Below are positions 28,100 through 36,991 of a stretch of DNA of 64,000 nucleotides, in pieces. Position 1 is the stretch's first letter; each line of letters starts with the position of its first letter. Under the pieces are notes generated by a model. That model worked only from the letters and a program-made list of their open reading frames with translations. It made no database searches and was not told the origin of the DNA. A program made the translations under genes and the position numbers. The stretch is from positions 25,931 to 89,930 of the forward strand of contig JAICQO010000013.1 of NCBI GenBank assembly GCA_025937835.1, in the 5' to 3' direction. This DNA is from Polyangiaceae bacterium (GTDB taxonomy: Bacteria; Myxococcota_A; Polyangia; Polyangiales; Polyangiaceae).

Positions 28100-29341
28100 A
28101 TGGTGGAGATACCCGAGCTCGGTCACGTCGTGGATCGCCGCTACAGGGTCCGGCGCGAGATCGCCCGCGGAGCGGTCGGCGTCGTGTACGAAGCCGATCA
28201 CGGCTACCTGGGCCGCCCGGTGGCGATCAAGCTGTTGCTCCCCGAACAGCGCCGCCTCGAAGACATCAAAATCCGCCTGATTTACGAGGCGCAGGCGCTG
28301 AACGCGGTCCGCCACCCGAGCATCGTCGATGTGCTCGACGCCGGTGTCGACGAAGCCTACGGCCCGTTCCTGGTGACCGAGCTGCTCTCGGGGCGAACGC
28401 TCGAAGGCTTGCTCACCGCGCGGCGCAAGATCGGCGTCGAGGAGACGCGCATCATCGGCCTACGCCTGTGCGACGCGCTCGCTCATGCCCACTCGCGAGG
28501 CGTTATCCACCGCGACATCAAGCCCGGCAACGTCTTCGTGGCGCGCGCCGAAAATGGGCGCGAGTACCTGAAGTTGTTCGATTTCGGGATCGCGCGCTTC
28601 GAACGCGCGGGTGGCCGCAAGCTGACGGGACAGGGCATCGTGATGGGCACGCCCGAGTACATGTCGCCCGAGCAGCTCCACGCCAGTGACGACGTCAACG
28701 AGCGCTCCGACATCTACGCGCTCGGGATCACGCTGTTCGAGTGCTTGACCGGCACCGTGCCGTTCGAGGGCAACTACGCCGACGTGCTGCTGAAGACGGC
28801 GACCGAGCCGATGCCCACGGCCCAGAGCCGAAACCCCGAGGTGCCCGCGGATCTGTCGCGCGCGATCGCGACCGCGCTGCGCTATCACCCCGCCGAGCGC
28901 CATCCGACGATGCGCGCCTTCGCCGAGGCCCTGGCGCCAAAGGGCGGCGCTGCCGAAGCCTCCTCGCTGCTCTCGGGGCCGATCAACCGCGGCGCCCAGC
29001 CGGCGGGCCCCGACGCCGCAGCGGTGAAGCGCAAGTTCCCGCGCGCCCCGTACGTCACGCCGGTTCGCGTGCTCCGCCCCGACGGCACCAGCATCGACGG
29101 CCGCAGCGAAGACGTGTCGGGCGGCGGCCTGTTGGCGGTGCTGACGACCTCGGTCGCGGCCAGCGAGCTCGTGCGCGTCCGCTTCGCGCTGCCGATCGTC
29201 GGCAAAATCGCCGAGCTCGAAGCCACGACGCGCTGGATCCGCACGGCGCGCGGCAAGGACGCCGTGGGCCTCGAGTTCCGCTCCATCACGACGGAGGCCA
29301 AGGAAGCGATCGATCGCTATGTGTCGGCGATGGGCGGGTAG
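28100..29341 (+). CDS. Hanks-type Ser/Thr kinase with C-terminal PilZ domain
   Basis: VAIKLL, HRDIKPGN, DFG, GTPEYMSPE; PilZ motifs RKFPR (RxxxR) and DVSGGG (DxSxxG). Confidence 0.85.
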   Translation: MVEIPELGHVVDRRYRVRREIARGAVGVVYEADHGYLGRPVAIKLLLPEQRRLEDIKIRLIYEAQALNAVRHPSIVDVLDAGVDEAYGPFLVTELLSGRTLEGLLTARRKIGVEETRIIGLRLCDALAHAHSRGVIHRDIKPGNVFVARAENGREYLKLFDFGIARFERAGGRKLTGQGIVMGTPEYMSPEQLHASDDVNERSDIYALGITLFECLTGTVPFEGNYADVLLKTATEPMPTAQSRNPEVPADLSRAIATALRYHPAERHPTMRAFAEALAPKGGAAEASSLLSGPINRGAQPAGPDAAAVKRKFPRAPYVTPVRVLRPDGTSIDGRSEDVSGGGLLAVLTTSVAASELVRVRFALPIVGKIAELEATTRWIRTARGKDAVGLEFRSITTEAKEAIDRYVSAMGG

Positions 29342-29449
29342 CTTGGGTTTGGGGGGCCTCGCTGATAAGAGCGCGACGGGCGTCGAGAGCGACGTGAGGC
29401 AACGCGCGCCGGCGAGGGGAGTGAGCAGCAGCCGCGCCTGCCCGCGCGG

Positions 29450-29580
29450 AGTTGGGGTTCGGGAGGGGGATTCGGCGGTGGCGTCGGGAGCGCATTCGGG
29501 ATCGGCGATGGATCGGAGCGGGATTCGGGTTGGGATCGTGACGGTAGCGGCCGGTTCGAAACAGGGTCCCGGGACCGGGG
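29450..29580. repeat. Degenerate G-rich hexamer-period repeat (GGGATT/CGGGAT/TCGGGT-like)
   Basis: Intergenic; about 6-nt periodicity of G runs on the + strand. Confidence 0.4.
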
Positions 29581-29659
29581 CTCTGGTGCTGCTATGACAA
29601 ACAAAGTCCGTCCGACGCTGTTGGCTGATCCGATACCCGCGCTGTAGGGTGCGTCCCGA

Positions 29660-30433
29660 ATGTCCCGATCGGCATCCACACGGATCCCCACCGGTCTACG
29701 CTCGCAGCTCTCTCGATGGATAAGGATTACCTGGCATCGAGCGCGAGCGGCGATGTTTTCCGGCTCGTGGTGGTTGCGAACCGGAATCTTCCTTCTCTCC
29801 CTAGGCGCTCTCGGTATTCCCGTGTACCAAAAGTCGGTCGGCCTCGGCTTGCTTCACTCCGCCATCACCGTGGTCTTGGTTTTGGGGAAGGCAGCCGTCT
29901 TCAGTTCGAATCGGACGATGAAGATCGTTCACCGGGACTACCTCGAGCGGAAGGCGTTGTTGTACCGCCTCATTAAGGATCTCCAACGTCACCCGGAAAT
30001 GACCAGAGAGGAGGTTTCCCGGTTCCAACGCGAAGCCCTGGAGCTCATCGCTTCCTATGTTCGCGCCCACCGAGCGGACTTCAGCCGCACTGAGATCTTC
30101 GTCAACTTACTCGTGGAAGATGGGGACAGCTTGGTGGTGATAGCGCGAGACCGCGACCACCGGATGCCAGGGGCACGGTACTCTCGTTCGACGATGGCTG
30201 CCGCAAAGGCTTTCGAATCGGGCGACCACATCGTCGTTGGGAACGTGCACCGTGAGTACGGCGATGTGGAAAAGGACTACCGAAGTATCCTGGTGCTGCC
30301 TGTGCGTGGCCGCTCGGGGATCTCGGCAGTGGTTTCGATAGACAGCGCCCGTGCCCACCATTTCGATCTAGAGGCCCGGGACTTGGAACGTTTTCTGCAG
30401 CCCTACCTCGGGCTCCTTGAATGGACGCTGTAA
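29660..30433 (+). CDS. Hypothetical 2TM + GAF-like domain protein, atypical composition
   Basis: Two hydrophobic segments near the N-terminus; C-terminal YRSILVLPV...AVVSIDS...HF pattern typical of GAF folds; lower GC and many A/T-ending codons. Confidence 0.6.
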   Translation: MSRSASTRIPTGLRSQLSRWIRITWHRARAAMFSGSWWLRTGIFLLSLGALGIPVYQKSVGLGLLHSAITVVLVLGKAAVFSSNRTMKIVHRDYLERKALLYRLIKDLQRHPEMTREEVSRFQREALELIASYVRAHRADFSRTEIFVNLLVEDGDSLVVIARDRDHRMPGARYSRSTMAAAKAFESGDHIVVGNVHREYGDVEKDYRSILVLPVRGRSGISAVVSIDSARAHHFDLEARDLERFLQPYLGLLEWTL

Positions 30434-30461
30434 TCATGCGAGGGTATCCCCAGCCCTGACG

Positions 30462-30674
30462 ATGGAAACCATCACGAACTCGGAGATGTTCGAACGGGTC
30501 GCGAGGCGCGAGATCTCGCCGCGGGAAGCGGCCCGCATCCTCGTTGAGCGGGACGACGTGGCGCGAAGGCAGCAAGTCTCTGCGGCGCGCCCTCGCTGGA
30601 TTCCGCGGTGGGCGTGGGGTGTAGCGTCTGTTGTGATTGTAGGTGTCCTCGACCACCTACAGCGACGAAGCTAG
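30462..30674 (+). CDS. Small hypothetical membrane protein (70 aa)
   Basis: METITNSEMF...ISPREAARIL...WIPRWAWGVASVVIVGVL; same atypical composition; follows the previous ORF. Confidence 0.5.
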   Translation: METITNSEMFERVARREISPREAARILVERDDVARRQQVSAARPRWIPRWAWGVASVVIVGVLDHLQRRS

Positions 30675-30688
30675 GCGTTGGTCCCTCG

Positions 30689-30717
30689 TGCGCTGAGGCG
30701 CTTATGCGCTGAGGCGC
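30689..30717. repeat. 13-bp direct repeat TGCGCTGAGGCGC x2 separated by TTA
   Basis: Copies at 30689-30701 and 30705-30717, at the right edge of the low-GC islet. Confidence 0.7.
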
Positions 30718-30729
30718 GACCTCGTCAGT

Positions 30730-31881
30730 TCAGCGCGGCTTTTGAACCGCGTCGAGCTCTTCGAGGTTCGCTTTGGCGCGCGGATCCTCGGGGTCGAGGG
30801 CGAGCGCGCGCTGAAAGGCCTTGCGCGCGCGGTCGTGGTCGCCGCGCTTGGCGTGGACGAGGCCGAGGTTGATCCAGCCCGAGCCGAGGTTCGGGTCGAG
30901 CCGGGTCGCGTCTTCCGCATGGGACAGCGCTCCCGCGAGGTCGCCCTGGAGCAGGCGCGCGTAGGCCAGGTTCGAGTGCAGCGCTGCGCGGCTTGCGTCG
31001 AGGGCCACGGCGCGCTCGAGCTCGTGCACGGCCTGATCGAGGAAGCCGGCAGACAGGTACGCCGCGCCGAGATCCCCGCGCGAGCGCGCGTCGCTCGGCG
31101 CGAGCGTCACCGCGCGGGAAAAATCGGAGATCGCCTCCGAGACCTGCCCCAGCACGAGCTCGGTTGCGCCGAGCGCGCGCCAGCGTTCGAGCGCGCCGGG
31201 ATCGAGCTCCACGGCACGCCGCAGCGGGGCGAGCGCCTGGGCCGCGTTGCCCGTGGACAGGAGCGCGACGCCGAGCGCCGAGTGAGCCTCCGGATCGTCC
31301 GGCACGAGCGTGACGGCGCGCCGTAGCGCTTCGAGCGCCCGCGCTCCCTCACCCAGCATCAAGAGCACCCGGCCGCGCTCGAGCTCGGCGGGGCCGAACG
31401 CGGCGTCGAGCTTGTTCGCGGCGTCGAGCTTCGCGAGCAGCGCGAGCAGCTTCGGGTCTCTGGGCGCCGCGCCGAACTCGCTGGCGATGCCGGACTCGGC
31501 GAGCGCGACGCGGACCAGGCCGACCTTCGGTGCCGCGGCGCCTGGCGCGAGCTTCTCGGCGCGTTTGTAAGCGGCCAGGGCCGCCTTCGAATCGTCGGCG
31601 GCGTAAGCTCGATCGCCCTCCGCAAGCGCCCTATCGAGCGCGCTGTTGCTGGCCCCTGCCAGGCCGCGCGGAGGCAGCGGCTCGGTGGCGAGCGGCGCGG
31701 CCGCCGCTGCGCTGCTCGGAGCGGGCGCTGTTTCAGCCGGCGCGGCGGGGGGCGGCGCGGACTCGACGGGAGCTGCCGCGAGCGCCGACTCAGAACCCGG
31801 AGGCGGCGCCGCCGCGGGGGGAGGCGAGGCGCCGCGACCCGCGCAGGCGAAGAGGAACAGACACAGCCACGACGCGCGCAC
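30730..31881 (-). CDS. TPR-repeat lipoprotein
   Basis: Lipobox LFAC; many TPRs (EAHSALGVALL, WINLGLVHAKRGD...ALALDP). Confidence 0.8.
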   Translation of the reverse strand: MRASWLCLFLFACAGRGASPPPAAAPPPGSESALAAAPVESAPPPAAPAETAPAPSSAAAAAPLATEPLPPRGLAGASNSALDRALAEGDRAYAADDSKAALAAYKRAEKLAPGAAAPKVGLVRVALAESGIASEFGAAPRDPKLLALLAKLDAANKLDAAFGPAELERGRVLLMLGEGARALEALRRAVTLVPDDPEAHSALGVALLSTGNAAQALAPLRRAVELDPGALERWRALGATELVLGQVSEAISDFSRAVTLAPSDARSRGDLGAAYLSAGFLDQAVHELERAVALDASRAALHSNLAYARLLQGDLAGALSHAEDATRLDPNLGSGWINLGLVHAKRGDHDRARKAFQRALALDPEDPRAKANLEELDAVQKPR

Positions 31882-31900
31882 CAGGCCCCCCGGGGTTCGC

Positions 31901-33463
31901 TCAGCTGTCGGAGCTTCGCGACGAGTGCTCTTTGCCGTCGTAGCGCAGCACCACCGCCTTGCCGTCGGCGCGCGTCGCGAGACACACCGGACGGCGCCAG
32001 ATCCGCACCAGCGCCGAGAGCGTCTCGCGCGCGTAGTCGGCGCGCAGATCCACGCCGCGGTGGTCGTGCGTGAGCAAGAGCTCTCCGCGGTTCTCGAAGT
32101 TCGAATCCTCCACGAAAATTTGGGGATTCCCGAAGTTCGTGAGCTGCGCGAGCAACTTCTCCTTCACGGCGCGGAACTCGCGGGACTCGATCTCGAAGCG
32201 CTCGCTGCGGTTCGACCAGCTGTAGCTGAACAGCTTGTGCTCGATCGCGAACTCCTCGGTCAAGAACTCGTCGATGAAGGTGACGTCGTTGTACATCGCC
32301 CGCACCTCGAACACCTTGTCGCGTCCGAGGCCGAGCCGCAGATCCCAGTTCTTCTTGTCGTCGAGGTCGCTGCACTCTTCCCACTCGCGCCCGAACTGCC
32401 CGCGGTTCCAGCGATCCTCGATGCTGCGGAACAGCTCGACGCCGAGCTTGTACGGGTTCAGGCGGCCGCCGGAGGTCGCCATCACGCCCGCGTTGTTCTC
32501 GGCGTAGTCTACGATCTCGCTCCAGTCGCAGACGTCGCCCGTCATCATCTTCGAGTGCCAGTAAGACGCCCAGCCCTCGTTCATGATCTTGGTCTGCATC
32601 TGCGGCACGAAGTAATAGCCCTCTTCGCGGATGATGCTGAGGATCGCGCGCTCCCAGCGCTCGAGCGGCGCGTTCTCGATCAAGAACAAGAGCACGTCCT
32701 GCTCGCGCGTCTGCGGGTGTTTCCCCTTGGATTTCTCGCGCTCGAGCGTCAGCTTCTTCTTCTGCTCCTCGATGTACTCGGACGGGTTGATGAACTCGTC
32801 CATGTACTCCTTGGCGCGCATGCGCGGGACCTCGACCTCGCGCGGGTGCTCGTCCTCCTCGTCTTCCACCGTGCGGCGCACCACGAAGCGCGACCAGGGG
32901 TCGATCAGGTTCTCGAGCGACAGGCAGACGTCGATGAACTCTTCCGTACGCTGGATGCCGTAGCGGTCGACGATCCGGCGCACGGCCGCGCCGTGGTTCG
33001 CCATCTTGTCGATCCATTTGCGGTTCGGGTCGTAGCCGTTGCCGCGCTTGGTGGTCGGGTCGACCACGCGATCCATCGTGTCGAGGTCCGTCGAGCGGAA
33101 CGTGAAGTTGTTCTTGAAGAAGTCCACGTGGCCGAACACGTGGCACATCACGAGCTTCTGGTCGGTGAGGCTGTTGCCCTCGAGCAGGTAGGCGAACGAG
33201 GGGTTGTTGTTGATGACCATCTCGTAGATCTTCGAGAGGCCGTACTCGTAGCTCTTGGCCAGGCGCTCGTACTCCATGCCGAAGCGCCAGTGCGGGTAGC
33301 GGTTCGGGAAGCCGCCGTAGGCCGCGATCTCGTTCATCTGCGAGTAGCTCAGCATCTCGAACACGACCGGGAAGAAGTCGAGCCCGTGCGAGCGCGCGAT
33401 CTTCTCGATCTTGTCCTGTTCGATGCGGAGGTAGCGGGGCAAGCTGGGGTGCGCGAGCGTCAT
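31901..33463 (-). CDS. spoVR: SpoVR family protein
   Basis: [48 protein letters not shown]. Confidence 0.92.
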   Translation of the reverse strand: MTLAHPSLPRYLRIEQDKIEKIARSHGLDFFPVVFEMLSYSQMNEIAAYGGFPNRYPHWRFGMEYERLAKSYEYGLSKIYEMVINNNPSFAYLLEGNSLTDQKLVMCHVFGHVDFFKNNFTFRSTDLDTMDRVVDPTTKRGNGYDPNRKWIDKMANHGAAVRRIVDRYGIQRTEEFIDVCLSLENLIDPWSRFVVRRTVEDEEDEHPREVEVPRMRAKEYMDEFINPSEYIEEQKKKLTLEREKSKGKHPQTREQDVLLFLIENAPLERWERAILSIIREEGYYFVPQMQTKIMNEGWASYWHSKMMTGDVCDWSEIVDYAENNAGVMATSGGRLNPYKLGVELFRSIEDRWNRGQFGREWEECSDLDDKKNWDLRLGLGRDKVFEVRAMYNDVTFIDEFLTEEFAIEHKLFSYSWSNRSERFEIESREFRAVKEKLLAQLTNFGNPQIFVEDSNFENRGELLLTHDHRGVDLRADYARETLSALVRIWRRPVCLATRADGKAVVLRYDGKEHSSRSSDS

Positions 33464-34572
33464 TTTCCCTTACCCAAGAAGTCTTTGATGCTGCCGACGA
33501 TCGCGTCGCGATCGCGGATTTCACTGGTGACCACGCGCTCGTCACCCGACAGGTGCTCGCGCAGGTCCTTGATGAACTGGCCGGAGCCGTACGGGCTCTC
33601 GACCTGGCCGTAGGCGAACATGTTCACGCGCGGCAGCACGTCCCGCTTCAGAATCTCGACGCAGGTCAGCGTGTCCTCCATCGACCAGTTGTCGCCGTCG
33701 GAGAAGTGGAAGGGGTACACGTTCCACTCGGTGCTCGGGTAGTGCTGGTCGATGAGCTGCGCCGCCAGCCGGTAGGCGCTCGAAATCATCGTCCCTCCCG
33801 ACTCGCGCGTGCGGAAGAAGGTGTCGCGATCCACCTCGCGCGCGACCGCGTCGTGGATGATGTAGCGGCTCTCGAGGCCCTGGTATTGCCGCCTGAGCCA
33901 CGCGTCGATCCAGAAGCTCTCGATGCGCACGATCTCCTTCTGCTCGTCGCCCATCGAGCCGGAGACATCCATCATGTAGATGATCACGGCGTTGGCGACC
34001 GGCTCGAGGTCTTCCGTCCAGGAGCGGTAGCGCTTGTCCTCGTGCTGCGGCACCACCAGCGGGTTCTTGGGGTCGTAGGCGCCGCTGGCGATCGCGCGCT
34101 TCAGGCCCTCGCGGTAGGTGCGCTTGAAGTGACGCAGCGACTCCGGGCCGACGCGACGGATGCCCGTGTACTTGTCCTTGGCGGCGATGATCCGGCTCTT
34201 GCCCTTGTTCTCGATCGCGGGCAGCTCCAGCTCCTCCCCGAGGATGTCGGCCAATTCGTCGAGCGTGATGTCGACCTCGAGGATGTGCTCGCCCGCGTCC
34301 TTGCCGGCCTGTCCAGCGCCGTCTTGCTGCTCGTCGCCTTCGCCGCCGACCGCGTCGCCGACCTCGCCGTCACCCTGCCCGACGCCGCCCTTCTGCTTGT
34401 CTCCGAAGATGAATCGCGGTGTGTCGATGTGCGGGACCGGGATGCTGACGATGTCCTTACCCTTGCGACCGAGCAGCTCGCCCTGCGAGATGTAGCGCCT
34501 CAGGTTGTCGCGGATCTTGCCGCGGACGATGCCGCGGAAGCGCGAGTGATCCTGGTCGATCTTCAGAGACAT
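33460..34572 (-). CDS. yeaH: YeaH/YhbH (DUF444) vWA-like protein
   Basis: [48 protein letters not shown]; ATG 34572. Confidence 0.9.
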   Translation of the reverse strand: MSLKIDQDHSRFRGIVRGKIRDNLRRYISQGELLGRKGKDIVSIPVPHIDTPRFIFGDKQKGGVGQGDGEVGDAVGGEGDEQQDGAGQAGKDAGEHILEVDITLDELADILGEELELPAIENKGKSRIIAAKDKYTGIRRVGPESLRHFKRTYREGLKRAIASGAYDPKNPLVVPQHEDKRYRSWTEDLEPVANAVIIYMMDVSGSMGDEQKEIVRIESFWIDAWLRRQYQGLESRYIIHDAVAREVDRDTFFRTRESGGTMISSAYRLAAQLIDQHYPSTEWNVYPFHFSDGDNWSMEDTLTCVEILKRDVLPRVNMFAYGQVESPYGSGQFIKDLREHLSGDERVVTSEIRDRDAIVGSIKDFLGKGK

Positions 34573-34694
34573 CTCAGGCAGTGTCGCATACTTCCGGGGC
34601 TTCGACCGCAATCCCGGCGCGGGCCTCGGCGCCCGGTTCCTTACACCGTCCTGGACGCGCGGCCGCCTCCGTGAGTAAAGAGGCGTCTGACGTC

Positions 34695-35270
34695 GTGAGA
34701 AGCCCAAAAGAGCTGCTGAAGTTCCGTTGCACGGGTTGCGGTAACTGCTGCAAAGAGCCGCTGCTTCCGCTGACCTGTGCCGACGTGATCCGGATCCGCG
34801 AGAGCACCGGCGACGACCCGATGGACTTCGTGCGTTTCGTGGACGAGGACGCGATCGACCTCGACGGCGAGCCCGAGGCGTTCGCGCTGCTCGGCCAGGG
34901 AAAGCGGGTGATGATCCTGCGCCACCAGGCCGGCGGCTGTCGCTACCTCGGTGAAGATCTGCGCTGCAAGATCTACGATTCCCGCCCGCTCGGTTGTCGG
35001 ATCTTCCCGTTCGACCCGGCCTTCGACAAGCAAGGCGGCTTGCGGCGGCTGAAGCTGATCCAGGCCACCGACTGCAAATACGAGCTCGACGGCGGCAACG
35101 ACCCGGGCGAGCTCCGCACGCTGCACCAGCGCTACGAAGCGGCAACCGCGCTCTACCAGCAGAAGATCGCCGCCTGGAACCGCGAGCAACAGCGCAGAAA
35201 GCGCCAGGGCAAGCGGCCGCAGAGCTCGCGCCGGTTCCTGAGCTACCTGGGCGCGCTGGCCAAGAGCTGA
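34695..35270 (+). CDS. YkgJ-family Cys cluster (putative Fe-S/Zn) protein
   Basis: [12 protein letters not shown]...[16 protein letters not shown]; start approximate. Confidence 0.8.
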   Translation: MRSPKELLKFRCTGCGNCCKEPLLPLTCADVIRIRESTGDDPMDFVRFVDEDAIDLDGEPEAFALLGQGKRVMILRHQAGGCRYLGEDLRCKIYDSRPLGCRIFPFDPAFDKQGGLRRLKLIQATDCKYELDGGNDPGELRTLHQRYEAATALYQQKIAAWNREQQRRKRQGKRPQSSRRFLSYLGALAKS

Positions 35271-35279
35271 GCGCCCGGC

Positions 35280-35816
35280 TCAGCCGCCCGCGTCGAACGA
35301 CAGATCGAGGTTTTCCTCTTCGCAGCGCTGCGACAGCTCCCGGCGCAGCTCCGACAGGGCCATCTCGGAGGGGACCTCGAGCTCGGCTTCGAGCACGAAC
35401 ATCGGCGTGCCGCTGTGCGGCGCGTAGGCGAGGCGCGACTCGAGCGCGCGCACGTTGACGTTGCGGCGCGCCAGCGTGTGCGTCACGGCCTGGACGATGC
35501 CGGGGCGATCGAAGCCGGAGACGCGGATCGCGTAGGGCAGGACGCGCCGCTCGGTCTTGGGCGCGCTCGTCTCTTTCTGGACGATGTGTAGCCCGAGCGA
35601 GGCCTGGCTGTCCTTCAGGATCGCGGTCAACCGCGACAGCGCGGCTTCGGTCCCCGAGGCAAGCAAGAGGATCGCGAACTCTCCGCCGAGCGCGGCCATG
35701 CGGCTGTCCTCGAGGTTCGCGCCTGCGCTGTGGAGAATGCCCGAAAGGTCACTCACGATGCCGGGGCGATCGGGCCCCACGGCGGTCACGACCAGAAACT
35801 TTTTCTCGCTCGACAT
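35280..35816 (-). CDS. Tandem ACT-domain protein, GcvR-like
   Basis: [12 protein letters not shown]...ANLEDSRM and [10 protein letters not shown]; GGAGG RBS before ATG 35816. Confidence 0.82.
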   Translation of the reverse strand: MSSEKKFLVVTAVGPDRPGIVSDLSGILHSAGANLEDSRMAALGGEFAILLLASGTEAALSRLTAILKDSQASLGLHIVQKETSAPKTERRVLPYAIRVSGFDRPGIVQAVTHTLARRNVNVRALESRLAYAPHSGTPMFVLEAELEVPSEMALSELRRELSQRCEEENLDLSFDAGG

Positions 35817-35894
35817 CGCTGCCTCCGGTGGTTCGCGTGCTTCGAGCGTTACCACACTCGTGCCCGGATTTTGGGGTAAGCTTCGCGGACTTCC

Positions 35895-36878
35895 ATGACT
35901 CTGGCTCAACGCCCGCGCAGGAACCGGCAGAGCGCCGGGATGCGGCGGATGGTCCGCGAAACCTCGCTCTCGGCAGCCAACCTGGTGCTGCCGCTGTTCG
36001 TGCAGGAGGGAACGGCCCAGCGCTCGCCGATCGGCTCGATGCCGGGCCAGGCGCGGCTGTCGATCGACCTTCTGGTCGAGACCGCGTCCCAGGCGTTCGG
36101 TCTGGGCGTGCCGGCGGTGGCGTTGTTCCCGGCGCTCTCCGACTCGCTGAAGGATCCGCGCGGCAGCGAATCGCTGAACGCGTCGGGGCTCCTGCAGCGC
36201 AGTGTGCGCGCCTTGAAGCAGGCCCTGCCCGAGCTGGTGGTGATCACGGACGTGGCCCTCGACCCGTACTCGTCGGACGGCCACGACGGCGTGGTCGTGG
36301 ACGGGATCATCGACAACGATCAGACGCTGCCGCTCCTCGCCCAGATGGCGGTCGCACAGGCGGACGCGGGTGCGGACGTGGTCGCACCTTCGGACATGAT
36401 GGACGGCAGGGTCGGAGCGATCCGCCGGGCGTTGGATGCCGCCGGCCACAGCCGGGTCGCGATTTGCAGCTACGCCGTCAAATACGCCTCCGCCTTCTAC
36501 GGTCCGTTCCGCGAAGCGCTCGACTCCACCCCGCGGAGTGGAGACAAGAAGACCTACCAGATGGACCCGGCCAACCACCGGGAATGCCTGCGAGAGATCG
36601 AGCTCGACGTGGCCGAGGGCGCGGATTGGTTGCTGGTCAAACCGGGCTTGCCGTACGCCGACATCATCCGACTCGTGCGCGATCGCACGGCGCTACCCGT
36701 CGCCGCCTATCACGTGAGTGGCGAGTACGCGATGCTGCACGCCGCCGCCGAGCGCGGGTTCATCGACTACGACGCGTGCTTGCTCGAAACGCTGACGTGC
36801 TTTCGCCGCGCGGGTGCCGACATCATCTTTACCTACGCCGCGATCGATGCAGCGCGCTTGCTGAGACGCGGCACGTAA
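35895..36878 (+). CDS. hemB: Porphobilinogen synthase (Asp-rich, Zn-independent type)
   Basis: DVALDPYSSDGHDG, APSDMMDGRV, YASAFYGPFR, KKTYQMD, VKPG, YHVSGEYAM. Confidence 0.95.
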   Translation: MTLAQRPRRNRQSAGMRRMVRETSLSAANLVLPLFVQEGTAQRSPIGSMPGQARLSIDLLVETASQAFGLGVPAVALFPALSDSLKDPRGSESLNASGLLQRSVRALKQALPELVVITDVALDPYSSDGHDGVVVDGIIDNDQTLPLLAQMAVAQADAGADVVAPSDMMDGRVGAIRRALDAAGHSRVAICSYAVKYASAFYGPFREALDSTPRSGDKKTYQMDPANHRECLREIELDVAEGADWLLVKPGLPYADIIRLVRDRTALPVAAYHVSGEYAMLHAAAERGFIDYDACLLETLTCFRRAGADIIFTYAAIDAARLLRRGT

Positions 36879-36991
36879 GCGCGGCGCACACACTCGCGCG
36901 CAGGTAGCGTTTCCCTGCGACCGATCCGCGCGCGCTCGCTTCGAGACGCTTGAAGCGTCGTGCGCTAGCCGGCATTGTTGCGAGTCAGGCA

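Noticed and set aside
29545-29570. GGTTCGAAAC resembling a tRNA T-loop at the islet border
   Set aside because: No T-stem pairing, and no acceptor or D arm can be built
29317-29691. Pro-rich minus-strand ORF in the kinase-islet gap
   Set aside because: Explained by the G-rich hexamer repeat; no RBS or domain evidence
35280-36878. Functional link between the GcvR-like ACT protein and the divergent hemB
   Set aside because: Adjacency only; no shared operator seen and no evidence here for a glycine-dependent ALA route
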